Source: an uncultured Alphaproteobacteria bacterium
GTDB taxonomy: Bacteria; Pseudomonadota; Alphaproteobacteria; Rhodobacterales; Rhodobacteraceae
Direction: 5' to 3'
DNA length: 64,000 nucleotides
NCBI GenBank assembly: GCA_902584635.1
Contig: CACIAQ010000002.1
Location: 27,147-91,146 of the forward strand
Below the pieces are notes generated by a model that saw nothing but the letters and a program-made list of their open reading frames with translations, was not told the origin of the DNA and did not search any database. Below are positions 24,442-35,011 of this stretch, in pieces (within the stretch, counting starts at the first letter, position 1; each line of letters begins with the position of its first letter). The position numbers and the translations under genes are program-made.

Positions 24442-26274
24442 ATGAGCACTAGGTCTTATGAAAATGATGACCCTTTGGCAGCCAAAGAGAAAGAAGATTA
24501 TAAAACTATTTTCTTAACAACTCTAAATTATTTGTGGCCAGATGAACTAGTTCTAAAAATAAGAGTAATAGCTTCACTTTTTTGCCTTGTATTTGCGAAA
24601 GTATTTACAGTTTTGACACCTTTATTACTCATGACTTTGGTAGATGAATTAAGTTTCATAGTCGATGATACGAAAAAAACGAATTTTGTAATTTGGAGCG
24701 TGCTAGCCTTGGCTTTAGGCTATGGAGTGGCGAGGTTTGCATCTGTGGCATTCGTACAGATTAGAGATTTTCTTTTTGTAAACGTCGCACAAAATGGGCT
24801 AAAGAAACTTAGTATGCATGCCTTTGAGCACATTCATCGTCTTCCTCTGAATTTTCACCTGTCAAGACAGACAGGTTCTTTGAATAAAGTTATTGATCGA
24901 GGTGTCCGAGGAATAGAGTTTCTTCTTAGGTTTGTACTTTTTTCTATTGGGCCTTTAATCCTAGAGTTAATCTTTGTTTGTGTTTTAATGGTTTATAAGT
25001 TTGATGTAATTTTTCTGCTTATAATTTTGGTTACAATATTTTTATACGTTATTTTTACTATTACCGTTACCAACTGGCGAGTTAAAATACGAAGAAAAAT
25101 GAATAAGTGGGACGCTGATCTAGGCCAAAAGACAATAGATAGTCTTTTAAATTATGAAACGGTTAAATATTTTTCTGCAGAAAATCATGAAAAAGAAAAA
25201 TATTTGAAATCATTAAGATCTTATGAGTTTTTTGCTATTAAGACAGGGGTTTCTTTATCAATGCTTAATTTTGGCCAGGCGCTTATTGTAACTTCAGGTC
25301 TACTGGTACTAATAGTTATTGCAACTCAAAAGGCCATAGATGGCACCTTAACTGTAGGTGGTTTAGTAGGATTGAACGCAATCATGATACAATTAATTTT
25401 ACCACTGAATTTTTTGGGCACCGTTTACCGAGAAATTAGGCAGGCTTTAGTAGACATGGGAGAACTATTTATTTTATTCAAGGAACGCGTAGAGGAGGAT
25501 GAAACTGAAAAAGAAGAGCTAATTTCCGTTGAAAAAGGATTTGCATTTGAAAACGTTTCTTTTGCATACGATGGAGCCAGAGAGGTTATTAAGAGATTAA
25601 GTTTTTCAATCCCTATTGGTAAAACGACTGCGATCGTTGGTCCTTCAGGAAGTGGCAAGTCTACGCTTGGAAAACTAATTTTTGGTTTTTATAAGCCGTG
25701 TAAAGGAAAAATTCTTATTGATGGAAAGGAAAATACCATATTGAAAACTATGTCTGTAAGAGCACACTTGGCAGTAACTCCCCAAGACATTGTTCTTTTT
25801 AATGATACGTTAGAATACAATCTTTCCTATGGCTCTAGCGACATCGCTAAAGACATGTTAAATGATGTCATTGAAAGAGTAGACTTAACCAGTTTAGTGT
25901 CAAGCTTACCAAATGGCTTATTCACTCAAGTTGGCGAAAGAGGTCTTAAGTTGTCTGGAGGAGAAAAGCAAAGAGTGGCCATTGCCAGAATGTTATTAAG
26001 AAACTGTTCTATTAACATTCTTGATGAAGCTACAAGTTCGTTGGATCCAAGGTCAGAAAAAAGAATTATTGAAAATTTATTAGAAAATAGGACAAGTAAG
26101 ACTTTAATAATTATATCCCATAGGTTATCTTCCATCTCGAGCGTTGACAATATTGTGGTGATGGAGCATGGTCGACTGATACAGCAAGGGAAACACGATA
26201 GTCTGTTGCAAGAAAGTGGGCTATACAAAGAAATGTGGGAAAAGCAGAACAGGTACCATAATAGATATAAATAG
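24442..26274 (+). CDS. ABC transporter, fused permease/ATPase (ATM1/HMT1-like exporter)
   Basis: 610 aa. 6-TM domain, then Walker A GPSGSGKST, signature LSGGEKQR and Walker B ILDEATS. Confidence 0.85.
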   Translation: MSTRSYENDDPLAAKEKEDYKTIFLTTLNYLWPDELVLKIRVIASLFCLVFAKVFTVLTPLLLMTLVDELSFIVDDTKKTNFVIWSVLALALGYGVARFASVAFVQIRDFLFVNVAQNGLKKLSMHAFEHIHRLPLNFHLSRQTGSLNKVIDRGVRGIEFLLRFVLFSIGPLILELIFVCVLMVYKFDVIFLLIILVTIFLYVIFTITVTNWRVKIRRKMNKWDADLGQKTIDSLLNYETVKYFSAENHEKEKYLKSLRSYEFFAIKTGVSLSMLNFGQALIVTSGLLVLIVIATQKAIDGTLTVGGLVGLNAIMIQLILPLNFLGTVYREIRQALVDMGELFILFKERVEEDETEKEELISVEKGFAFENVSFAYDGAREVIKRLSFSIPIGKTTAIVGPSGSGKSTLGKLIFGFYKPCKGKILIDGKENTILKTMSVRAHLAVTPQDIVLFNDTLEYNLSYGSSDIAKDMLNDVIERVDLTSLVSSLPNGLFTQVGERGLKLSGGEKQRVAIARMLLRNCSINILDEATSSLDPRSEKRIIENLLENRTSKTLIIISHRLSSISSVDNIVVMEHGRLIQQGKHDSLLQESGLYKEMWEKQNRYHNRYK

Positions 26275-26284
26275 GACGTATTTA

Positions 26285-26923
26285 ATGGTTGAGTCAGAAA
26301 GTTTTATAAAAGAAGTCAGTGAAGAAGTAAAAAGAGATAAACTGTTTAAATCACTGAATAAATTTAAGTGGCCTCTATTCGGCTCAATCTTATTGCTAGT
26401 TGGTCTTGTTGGGGGTTACGAGTACTATAAATTCGATAAGAAGACAACAGCACAAGAAAATGGAGAGGTTCTTGTTTCAGCAATCGAAAATTTAAAAAAA
26501 AGCGGTGAAACTGTTTCCGGTGAAATTGAAAACCAATTTTTAGCTATTTTAATTAAATTGAATGAAGCCAAATATTTTGAAGAAACAGGTGATATTAAAA
26601 GTGCAAAGAATGCTTATAGTTTTGTAATTAATAAGTATAGTGACAACAGGTTTTTCAGAGATTATGCAAAATTTCAGCTATACTTAATGGACCCTGCAGA
26701 AAGTCTCAGTGATACAAAGAAGATAGAAGTCCTTGATAAACTTTCGGCTCCGGACAGTCCTATGAAATTATTGGCATTAGAACAAAAGTTATATTTGTAT
26801 GTTAAAGCTAATGATCTTGACAACATAAATATATTATTGAAGCTCATATCGTCTGACCGAGCAATCACACCAGAGCAGGTGAGCCGGATAAAAGAAGTTG
26901 AAAGTATATATGAACTTAATTAA
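26285..26923 (+). CDS. Membrane-anchored helical/TPR-like protein (YfgM-like position upstream of bamB)
   Basis: ATG 26285 (MVESESF...) is preferred over the listed 26216, which overlaps the ABC gene. One TM helix. The call rests mainly on the yfgM-bamB-der synteny. Confidence 0.5.
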   Translation: MVESESFIKEVSEEVKRDKLFKSLNKFKWPLFGSILLLVGLVGGYEYYKFDKKTTAQENGEVLVSAIENLKKSGETVSGEIENQFLAILIKLNEAKYFEETGDIKSAKNAYSFVINKYSDNRFFRDYAKFQLYLMDPAESLSDTKKIEVLDKLSAPDSPMKLLALEQKLYLYVKANDLDNINILLKLISSDRAITPEQVSRIKEVESIYELN

Positions 26924-28193
26924 TTTTTTAAAGTTTGGGGATATTTTTTTTAAGTTGATCTTGTTAATGTCTGCTGTTTTTATTCAAAGTTGTTCTAATG
27001 ATGAGAGACTGGAGGGATATAGGCAGTCAGTCTTATCAGAACAAAAATTTTTCGAAACTAATAAAAAAAACCATAAGTTAGCTCTTGCCAAACCTAAAAA
27101 TATTATTTCTTGGACGCATGGAGGGAGTGGACCAGGTCACAACTTAGGAAATGCAGCTTTCTCATCCGCAAGTAAATTTGGCTCACATTCAAAAGTTAAA
27201 GTTGGTCCGAAAGGAGAATATTCTGAGCCAATTTTTCAAAATAAAAGAGTTTTTATAATGACTCCTAATGGATATATTGTTGTCTACAATGACGAAGGGC
27301 AATTTATTTGGGAGGTAAGTATCTTGCCTGAAGGAGCTAAGGCTAAGAACGAGATATACGGCGGTCTGGCTATAAACAAAGATAGAATCGCGGTCACATC
27401 TTCATTAGGAGAACTACTGTTAATTAGTGTATCTAAAAGGAAAATTATTTGGAGATACGACTTCAAAAGACCATTTAGATCAGCCCCTATATTCCATAAA
27501 GGATATATTTTCGGAGTGACTGGAGATGACATCGCAGTATCTTTGGATCTAAAAGGCAAATTAAGATGGAGTAAAAAGGGACCTCAGAAAAATACAAAAG
27601 TATTTGCGGCGGTATCTCCTGCTTCTTCAGGGAATAAAGTTCTTTTCCCATTTAGTGGCGGCTCTTTAGTTGCTCTTAATGCTATTAACGGGATCCAACT
27701 ATGGGAAGTTAATCTAGAAAATTCCAATGTCGGTTCAGCATCTGCTTCTTTAGGGGATTTTGCAAGTGATCCAGTAGTATCTGGATCAAAAATATTTGCG
27801 GTAGGTGCCTTTGGTGAAACTTTTGCCACTAATACTAACGGTAGAGTTTTATGGAGAAACAATATTCAGAGCTCTGGTAGACTTACTGTGTCAGGTAATT
27901 CCGCTTATTATCTCACCAACAATTCTATAGGAAGAATTAACTCAAAGAATGGAAAAATAGTTTTTTTAAAAAGTTTACCTGGTAAAAATTGGGTAAAGTA
28001 TTTTGGCCCTATGCTGCTTGAAAATAAACTTGTAGTTCTAGCTACTGATAAAAATGCCTATTGGTTTTCTGCAGAAGATGGAAAGCTACTTAATAAAGAG
28101 AAACTTGGTAAAAAGATTTCATCTCCTCCAATAGTTACGAACAAAAAACTGATGTTTGTCTCCGAAGACGGTATGTTAAACATCCTTAATTAA
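26910..28193 (+). CDS. bamB: PQQ-like beta-propeller lipoprotein (BamB-like outer-membrane assembly factor)
   Basis: Lipobox-like LLMSAVFIQSC. Repeated beta-propeller blades (LW...) . Positioned immediately upstream of der. Confidence 0.65.
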   Translation: MNLINFLKFGDIFFKLILLMSAVFIQSCSNDERLEGYRQSVLSEQKFFETNKKNHKLALAKPKNIISWTHGGSGPGHNLGNAAFSSASKFGSHSKVKVGPKGEYSEPIFQNKRVFIMTPNGYIVVYNDEGQFIWEVSILPEGAKAKNEIYGGLAINKDRIAVTSSLGELLLISVSKRKIIWRYDFKRPFRSAPIFHKGYIFGVTGDDIAVSLDLKGKLRWSKKGPQKNTKVFAAVSPASSGNKVLFPFSGGSLVALNAINGIQLWEVNLENSNVGSASASLGDFASDPVVSGSKIFAVGAFGETFATNTNGRVLWRNNIQSSGRLTVSGNSAYYLTNNSIGRINSKNGKIVFLKSLPGKNWVKYFGPMLLENKLVVLATDKNAYWFSAEDGKLLNKEKLGKKISSPPIVTNKKLMFVSEDGMLNILN

Positions 28194-28210
28194 TCGATAA
28201 GGAGAAATTC

Positions 28211-29575
28211 TTGTTCACAAGGGCAGGTATAGTTGGTCGTCCTAATGTTGGAAAGTCTACATTATTCAATTGTTTGCTAGGCCATTCCAGAGCGATTGTA
28301 GGAGATTTTGGAGGAGTTACACGTGATTACAAGGAAGAGCTGTTAGAATTAAAAGATCATCAAATCAAATTAATAGATACCGCTGGACTGAAATCATCAT
28401 TAGTTACTGAACAAGATAAGATGATAAATCGGCATACTCTCAATTTGATATATCAGTTAGATGTTATTATATTTGTATTAGATGGCAGAGAGGGTCTTAC
28501 ACTTGAAGATAGAGAAATATTTCAAGTGTGTAGAAAATTTGATAAGAATACCATTCTAGTAGTAAACAAGGTAGAGACAGCAGTAATTGAGCAAATGTTT
28601 TTACAAGAAGATATAGGCTTTTTGGGGCTAAAAGATATTATTTTTGTTTCAAGTGAGCATAGGATAGGAATAGAAAATGTGAAAAATGCTCTTGTAAATA
28701 TTTGTGAGAAAAATGGCTTCGTATCTTTAGAGGAAGAGAATATAGATCATAAAAAAAGGCCCATAAATATTGCTGTAGTTGGTCGCCCTAATGTTGGAAA
28801 GTCTACGTTAGTCAACTCTATTATTAAGCAGCAAAGATTCATTACTGGTCCTGAAGCCGGCTTAACAAGAGACAGCAACTTTGTGCTATTCAAGTGGGAT
28901 AATGATTTATTTAAGATATACGATACCGCAGGAGCAAGAAAAAAACGTAAAATTGATAGTTATTTAGAGAAAGAGGCAGTCAAAGAAACTCTTAGAGCCA
29001 TTAAGTTTGCTCAGATCGTAATATTGGTGTTAGAACCGGAAGAATTACTAAACGCACAAGATCAAAAACTAGCTTCCCTGTGTGAAAGAGAAGGGAGAGC
29101 AATAGTTTTTGCGATGAATAAAAGTGACAAAATTTTGAATCGAAAAGCTGTAGATCAAAAACTAAATAGCTCTATAAAAAAATCTTTGCCACAGTTTAAG
29201 GCAGTACATGTTAATTATATTTCAGCTTTAAAAAGTACCGGTTTTGATAGGCTTAGAGAAAATATAATGAAAACCTATTCAAATTGGAACTTTAGGCAGT
29301 CTACTTCAAATCTTAATACCTGGTTGAAGGAAAAAATGGATAAGCATGCACCACCCACAAACGGTGAAAAAAGGAGAATAAAATTAAAATATATAGTTCA
29401 ATCAAATTCTAGACCACCAACCATTAAGATTTTCACATCTCACAATGGTATAGTGTCAAAATCTTACAAAAGGTATCTAGAAAACTCATTCAGAGAAGAT
29501 TTTCAACTCCTTGGTACCCCTATAAGAATAATATTTAAATCAGGTGATAATCCTTTCACGATCGGTAAGTATTAA
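28211..29575 (+). CDS. der: Ribosome-biogenesis GTPase Der (EngA)
   Basis: 454 aa. Two G domains (GRPNVGKST twice, DTAG twice, NK.D) plus a KH-like C-terminus. TTG start. Confidence 0.9.
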   Translation: MFTRAGIVGRPNVGKSTLFNCLLGHSRAIVGDFGGVTRDYKEELLELKDHQIKLIDTAGLKSSLVTEQDKMINRHTLNLIYQLDVIIFVLDGREGLTLEDREIFQVCRKFDKNTILVVNKVETAVIEQMFLQEDIGFLGLKDIIFVSSEHRIGIENVKNALVNICEKNGFVSLEEENIDHKKRPINIAVVGRPNVGKSTLVNSIIKQQRFITGPEAGLTRDSNFVLFKWDNDLFKIYDTAGARKKRKIDSYLEKEAVKETLRAIKFAQIVILVLEPEELLNAQDQKLASLCEREGRAIVFAMNKSDKILNRKAVDQKLNSSIKKSLPQFKAVHVNYISALKSTGFDRLRENIMKTYSNWNFRQSTSNLNTWLKEKMDKHAPPTNGEKRRIKLKYIVQSNSRPPTIKIFTSHNGIVSKSYKRYLENSFREDFQLLGTPIRIIFKSGDNPFTIGKY

Positions 29576-30245
29576 CAATCTGACTTATTATTTTTTTGGC
29601 CTCCCTATAAGTGGTATCAGGATCAATATTCTGCTCACCTGGAAATACCTTCTTCCTTAGCTTTGTAGCCATCGCTTCTGGGTATTGAATAAGAACAGTC
29701 ACTCCTAGCCGCTCATTTTCTTTTTTATATGCTAGCAATATTTGATCACATGCTTTTTTTGTGGCATTGTAGGGTCCGTTAAACTTTATAGTTCGAAAAT
29801 CGGAAATATATATAAATAAGCCTTTGGGATTTCTACTTAATATTTCATGAAAACAAGATATTAATCTAAAGCAAACCGTAATTGGAGAAAGTAAATTTTT
29901 TTCAAATTCTTTTAAGGATATTTGGTTGATTGGCATCATCTGAAAGGAAGGCATAGCACAATGAATAATGACGTTAAGTTGCCCAAACTTTTCTGATATC
30001 TTTTGTGATAACTCTTCGATTGTTCCCTGCTTTGCTAGATCTATGCAAACAAGAGTTATTGTCCCATTTGTATTCTTTATGGCATTAGATAAGTTTTCTA
30101 AATGGTTTTTATTCCTGCCAACAGCAATAACGTCAGCACTCTCTTTTGCCAAAGCAACAGAAACACTAAACCCAAGACCGCTGGTTGCACCTGTTACAAG
30201 AACTTTTAGCCCAATAAGTCGTCTAGAATACTGGTTTTTTGTCAT
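29556..30245 (-). CDS. Short-chain dehydrogenase/reductase family protein
   Basis: 229 aa. TGATSGLG Rossmann motif and Y..TK catalytic pair. Its 3' end overlaps der convergently by 20 nt. Confidence 0.8.
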   Translation of the reverse strand: MTKNQYSRRLIGLKVLVTGATSGLGFSVSVALAKESADVIAVGRNKNHLENLSNAIKNTNGTITLVCIDLAKQGTIEELSQKISEKFGQLNVIIHCAMPSFQMMPINQISLKEFEKNLLSPITVCFRLISCFHEILSRNPKGLFIYISDFRTIKFNGPYNATKKACDQILLAYKKENERLGVTVLIQYPEAMATKLRKKVFPGEQNIDPDTTYREAKKIISQIVNTYRS

Positions 30246-30805
30246 TACCTTTTAACACAATTTGTAAGAAGATTATCATAATTATCAATTATCCATTCTG
30301 GAATATTTTTGGGGTATTGAGTGAGTATTTTTTCTTGAACATCTAGTGTAATTTCATTTGATTTAGACATTCCAATAAAATTTAGTGAAGAAGTTTCTTT
30401 CAGCACTTGATTATAAATAACAAGGAAAATTATCACTATTAACCCCCCTCTCAAAACGCCAAAAAGCAGCCCAAAAATTTTATTTATTTCGTTAAAAAAT
30501 GAGATTTCTATAAAATATGAAATCCTATATGTAACAAAGGATATAATAATAAGCGCCAGTGTAAAACCTAAGAGAAACGAAAGTATCATCATGAGTTCAC
30601 AGCTATCTCCCAATACACTCATAATCAAATCGATTTCTGAGATGGATCTAAAAATGGGGGGAGAGATAAGATAAGCGACCACGATTGCAAGGATCCAATT
30701 TAAAATCAATAAAATTTCTTTTACGAGACCTCTAAAATACGCAAAAACTCCCGAAAAAAGTATCAATCCAACCGAAATCATATCGAAAGAGGAAATGACT
30801 TCCAT
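30245..30805 (-). CDS. cvpA: CvpA-family membrane protein
   Basis: 186 aa with 4 hydrophobic helices and an N-terminal D.I....L.....YFRGLVKE pattern. Confidence 0.7.
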   Translation of the reverse strand: MEVISSFDMISVGLILFSGVFAYFRGLVKEILLILNWILAIVVAYLISPPIFRSISEIDLIMSVLGDSCELMMILSFLLGFTLALIIISFVTYRISYFIEISFFNEINKIFGLLFGVLRGGLIVIIFLVIYNQVLKETSSLNFIGMSKSNEITLDVQEKILTQYPKNIPEWIIDNYDNLLTNCVKR

Positions 30806-30855
30806 GAGATCAGTTTCCTACTTGAATAAATTTAATTAACAAACTTTTTAAAAAT

Positions 30856-31590
30856 TCAACCATTTAAGAATATATTCAATAATTTGTTTTTGGATAACAT
30901 AGCCTGTTTTGGTGTTCCAGACCATTCCACTTTGCCGTTATCTATTAGAATAATCTTAGATGCAAGAAATAGCGCTAAATTAATATCATGAGTTATGGTA
31001 ATAGCAGTTTTTTTAGAATTTTTAATTATCTTCCCAATTAAAGAAATTATTTTTTTTGACATTATTGGATCAAGCCCAGTAGTGGGTTCGTCAAAAATAA
31101 GAATATCTGGTTCTGAGAACATTGATCTTGCTATGCCAACCCTTTTTTGCATTCCCCCAGATAACTCGGAGGGGTATTGTTCAGCTATATTAGTGGGCAA
31201 TCCAACTTCTTCTAGCCGCTCGATTGCGAGTTTTTTCAGGTTAAAAATATTAGGAGAACTTAGATTATATAAACTCTTAAAAGCAACATTCTCCCAAACA
31301 GTATAACTATCAAATAGTGCATTGCTCTGAAAACACACTCCTAATTTATTTAAAAATTTTTGCTTATCTGAATTTTCACTAATCAGATTATCATCAAAAA
31401 ATATTGAACCAGAATTAATATTTTCTAGACCTAATATGCACTTGATTAGCATAGACTTTCCTGCACCTGAACTACCTATAATTACCAAATGCTCCTCTTG
31501 TTCTAATATAAAAGATACATCCTTTAGTATTTCTTTAGAGCCAAGTATTTTATTTAAGCTATTAACTTCAATTTTAGTTTTTTTTATCAT
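30856..31590 (-). CDS. mlaF: ABC transporter ATP-binding protein (MlaF-like)
   Basis: 244 aa. GSSGAGKS, LSGGMQKRVGIAR and ILIFDEPT. Coupled to the MlaE-like permease. Confidence 0.8.
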   Translation of the reverse strand: MIKKTKIEVNSLNKILGSKEILKDVSFILEQEEHLVIIGSSGAGKSMLIKCILGLENINSGSIFFDDNLISENSDKQKFLNKLGVCFQSNALFDSYTVWENVAFKSLYNLSSPNIFNLKKLAIERLEEVGLPTNIAEQYPSELSGGMQKRVGIARSMFSEPDILIFDEPTTGLDPIMSKKIISLIGKIIKNSKKTAITITHDINLALFLASKIILIDNGKVEWSGTPKQAMLSKNKLLNIFLNG

Positions 31591-32369
31591 TTATTGAACA
31601 AGGCTTCCGTTAAAATATAGTTTGCTGCTAGAACAGATATTGAAGACCAAACAACAGCACTAATAGTTGATTTTCCAACACCCCTTGCACCAACTGTCGT
31701 ATTAAGTCCGTGAAATGTTCCTAGAACACCAATAATTAAACCAAAGAAAACCGCTTTTATTAATCCGGAAATAACATCGGCTAATTCCAAGAATTTAACT
31801 GTATTTAATAGATAATTTGTTGGGTTAAACTCCAGAGTACTAACACCTACTAAGAAACCCCCAAAAACACCGAGGATATCACTTGTCAGTGTTAGGAGTG
31901 GTAAGGAAAGAATACAAGCACAAACCCTAGGTACAACAAGAAAACTGTATGGGTTTGTGTTAAGTGTATACAGTGCATCTATTTGTTCGGTTACTTTCAT
32001 TGTTCCTATCTCAGCTGATATTGATGAAGCAACTCGACCTGCCATTATCAAACCACATAAAACGGGCCCTAGTTCTCTACAAATACCAATAGCCACTATA
32101 GAAGGAACTACGCTTTCGGCATTAAAACGCATTCCACCAGAATATATTTGGAGAGCTAAAGCAGCACCAGTAAAAACCGCCGTTAATCCTACAACAGGCA
32201 AAGACAAGAACCCTATTTGTACTAACTGATTCAAAAAGGTTTTAGTGTAGAATGGTCCCCTCAGAGCTTGCGAAAGTATATCCCAAAAAAATCTTGAAAA
32301 AATACCGACTTTTGTCAAAAAGATGAGAAAGGTTTGTCCAACTAGTTCAATATAAAAAACAATCTTCAT
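31587..32369 (-). CDS. mlaE: ABC transporter permease (MlaE family)
   Basis: 260 aa. REL.P........GR..S....E.G.M...EQIDAL pattern. Overlaps the ATPase gene by 4 nt. Confidence 0.85.
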   Translation of the reverse strand: MKIVFYIELVGQTFLIFLTKVGIFSRFFWDILSQALRGPFYTKTFLNQLVQIGFLSLPVVGLTAVFTGAALALQIYSGGMRFNAESVVPSIVAIGICRELGPVLCGLIMAGRVASSISAEIGTMKVTEQIDALYTLNTNPYSFLVVPRVCACILSLPLLTLTSDILGVFGGFLVGVSTLEFNPTNYLLNTVKFLELADVISGLIKAVFFGLIIGVLGTFHGLNTTVGARGVGKSTISAVVWSSISVLAANYILTEALFNK

Positions 32370-32377
32370 ATACTTTC

Positions 32378-33418
32378 CTATTCCGAGTAAACCCTTCTAA
32401 TTCTTTCACCAAAATTAACAAGTACTTCGTGACTTATGGTTTTACAATCTTTTGCAAAATCTTCAACTTCATATTCAGACGAAAATAAGTAAAGATGATG
32501 CGGTATCTTAGGTAGATTTGAAATGTCCACTGTGACTAGATCCATGGAAACTCTTCCTAAAATGGGACATGGTATATTTCCATAAAATAATTTACCATTA
32601 TTACTGAGAGTTCTAGGTAAACCGTCGGCATACCCCATTGCTAGAGTAGCAACAGTCATCTTCTGTGTTGCTTTGTATGTAAAGTTATAACCAACTTGCA
32701 TGTTTTTATTTATGATAAAGCTTTGAAGAACGGGAACCTTTATTTGAATAACTTCTTTTAAACCACTATTCTTTATTCCACCATATAAACCAACACCTGG
32801 TCTTACCATATCAAAATGAAACTCAGTACCTAACAGAGCTCCATGACTTGCTGAGAGGCTTTGACGCGCCTTTGGTAAACCTTGACATAATTCAGTAAAC
32901 AAATTTCTTTGGTTTGTATTTTCTTCGCTATATATATCATCTGCACAAGCTAGATGTGACAAAATTAGGTTTATCGGCAGTTTTTTTATCAGATCGAGAT
33001 TTTCAAAAAGCGCCTGCTTGTTTAGCCCTAAACGATTCATTCCAGTATTCAGTTGAATAGCTACTCTTTGAGTTTGACCAAAAGTGTCAATAAATTTTTG
33101 TGCCTCTAGTACGCTATTTATGATAGGAATTATGTTGAACTCTTTATAAGGTTTAGCGTTTAGAAAATCAAACCCATTTAAAGTAAATATTTCGGAGTGT
33201 TTAGAACAACTCCTCACTTTTATTGCTTCAGAAATAGTCGCGGTAAAAAAACTTTTTACACCAAATCTTTCCATCTCAGGGACTATTTTTGTTATTCCTA
33301 AGCCATAAGCATTTGATTTAACTACAGCGGATAATTCGGCGCTATTTTTTGTTATTTGACGAAAAAAGCGTAGGTTATTATGTAAATTTGCAAGACTGAT
33401 ATGTAATTCAAGTGGCAA
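32378..33418 (-). CDS. alr: Alanine racemase
   Basis: 346 aa. AVVKSNAYGLG (PLP-Lys), RPG..LYG and GRVSMD motifs. Confidence 0.9.
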   Translation of the reverse strand: MPLELHISLANLHNNLRFFRQITKNSAELSAVVKSNAYGLGITKIVPEMERFGVKSFFTATISEAIKVRSCSKHSEIFTLNGFDFLNAKPYKEFNIIPIINSVLEAQKFIDTFGQTQRVAIQLNTGMNRLGLNKQALFENLDLIKKLPINLILSHLACADDIYSEENTNQRNLFTELCQGLPKARQSLSASHGALLGTEFHFDMVRPGVGLYGGIKNSGLKEVIQIKVPVLQSFIINKNMQVGYNFTYKATQKMTVATLAMGYADGLPRTLSNNGKLFYGNIPCPILGRVSMDLVTVDISNLPKIPHHLYLFSSEYEVEDFAKDCKTISHEVLVNFGERIRRVYSE

Positions 33419-33433
33419 TTATCATCCTAAGCT

Positions 33434-34894
33434 TCAACTTTTTACTTGATGGGTTTTTACCAGATTACCAAATCGTGTAAATCGCCCATCAAATGCTAAA
33501 TCTACTGTGCCAACTGGACCGTGTCTCTGCTTCCCAATTATCAACTCAGCTTTCCCGTGAATCTGTTCCATTTCTTCTTGCCATTTTATAAGAGCATCGA
33601 GATCTTGATCACCCGGCTTTTCTCTTTCTTTATAATACTCTTCTCGAAATATAAATAAAACAACATCGGCATCTTGTTCGATAGAACCACTCTCTCGTAA
33701 ATCTGCAAGTTGTGGTCTTTTATCATCCCTATTTTCTACTTGTCGAGATAGTTGAGATAGAGCTAAAACAGGAATATTTAATTCCTTTGCTATTGCTTTA
33801 AGTCCTTGAGTGATTTCAGCAATTTCATTTACTCTATTTTCTTTGCTTGAAGCCCCTCTAATTAACTGTAAATAATCAATTATTAAAAAATCGAGACCAT
33901 GTGTTCTTTTTAGTCTTCTAGCTTTAGAAGCTATACTTGATATTAAAAGCGCTGGGGTATCATCTATAAAAAATTTACTTTCATCCAAAGACCGAGCAGC
34001 CTCTACGAATTGATTAAACTCATTTTCGGATAGCTCACCTTTTCTAATTTGTTCTGAAGGAATTTTGCTTATATCAGAGAGTATTCTCGTTGCAAGTTGT
34101 GCTGACGACATTTCGAGCGAGAAAAAGCCAACGCTTGAAGCCTTACCATATTTTTTGTAATTTGCGATCGAAGCATTGTAGGCAAAATTTGTTGCCAAGG
34201 CAGTTTTACCCATAGAGGGACGCCCCGCAAGAATTATTAAATCTGAGTTCTGCAGTCCTCCTAATTTTTTATCAATATCAATAAATCCAGATGGTATACC
34301 TGACACACCTTGTATATCTGAAGTAAAAGCTCTATTAGCCAGTTCAATTGCCTCAGTTGCAGCCTTTACTAAAGGTTCGAAACTTCTCGACTTAGTTCCG
34401 GTTGATGCCACATCATAGAGAGACTGTTCTGCCTTCGTTATAAGTTGAGCTGGTGTTGCATCTTCAGTAACTTTTCTAGCATCAAGAATTATTTCACTTC
34501 CAACATCAATTAGTTTTCTTCTAACTGCTAAATCAAAAAGAGCAGTTGCATAGTCTTTTGCAGCATAGGCACTAATAGCCATCGCAGATAACTCAGTAAG
34601 TAAAGAGGGAACATCGATATCTTTAAACGCTTCGTCAGAATCTAAATACGGCTTTAGAGTAATAGGTGAAACAATTAGACCTTTTTTCGTTCTTGAAGCA
34701 ATGTGACCAAATATTTTCTTATTTATAGCGTCATAAAAATGATCTTCACCGATAATTGATTCAATTTCTCCTAATATTTCGTTATTTACTAATAATAAAC
34801 CTATAAGAGCCTGCTCTGCTTCGAGATTAAAGGTGGAAGATTTCTCTAAATCTACCGTTTGATCAAATTTAACGTTATCCATAAGTTTTACCAA
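33434..34894 (-). CDS. dnaB: Replicative DNA helicase DnaB
   Basis: 486 aa. AEQALIG, GRPSMGKTA (Walker A), IIDYLQL and SQLSR motifs. Confidence 0.95.
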   Translation of the reverse strand: MVKLMDNVKFDQTVDLEKSSTFNLEAEQALIGLLLVNNEILGEIESIIGEDHFYDAINKKIFGHIASRTKKGLIVSPITLKPYLDSDEAFKDIDVPSLLTELSAMAISAYAAKDYATALFDLAVRRKLIDVGSEIILDARKVTEDATPAQLITKAEQSLYDVASTGTKSRSFEPLVKAATEAIELANRAFTSDIQGVSGIPSGFIDIDKKLGGLQNSDLIILAGRPSMGKTALATNFAYNASIANYKKYGKASSVGFFSLEMSSAQLATRILSDISKIPSEQIRKGELSENEFNQFVEAARSLDESKFFIDDTPALLISSIASKARRLKRTHGLDFLIIDYLQLIRGASSKENRVNEIAEITQGLKAIAKELNIPVLALSQLSRQVENRDDKRPQLADLRESGSIEQDADVVLFIFREEYYKEREKPGDQDLDALIKWQEEMEQIHGKAELIIGKQRHGPVGTVDLAFDGRFTRFGNLVKTHQVKS

Positions 34895-35011
34895 TATCAG
34901 TATATACTATTTCACTTTTTTCATCACGTTAATTATAGCCACTGTTAAGGTGTTTTAACCTTTATACTTATTGGGATGAGGGCTATTTTTAGCTTTAATA
35001 AAGCGTTTTGT

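Noticed and set aside
26216-26284. Upstream extension of the YfgM-like ORF overlapping the ABC transporter 3' end by 59 nt
   Set aside because: The extension (MGYTKKCGKSRTGTIIDINRTYL) starts at a non-ATG codon inside the ABC gene. ATG 26285 gives a normal N-terminus followed by the TM helix.
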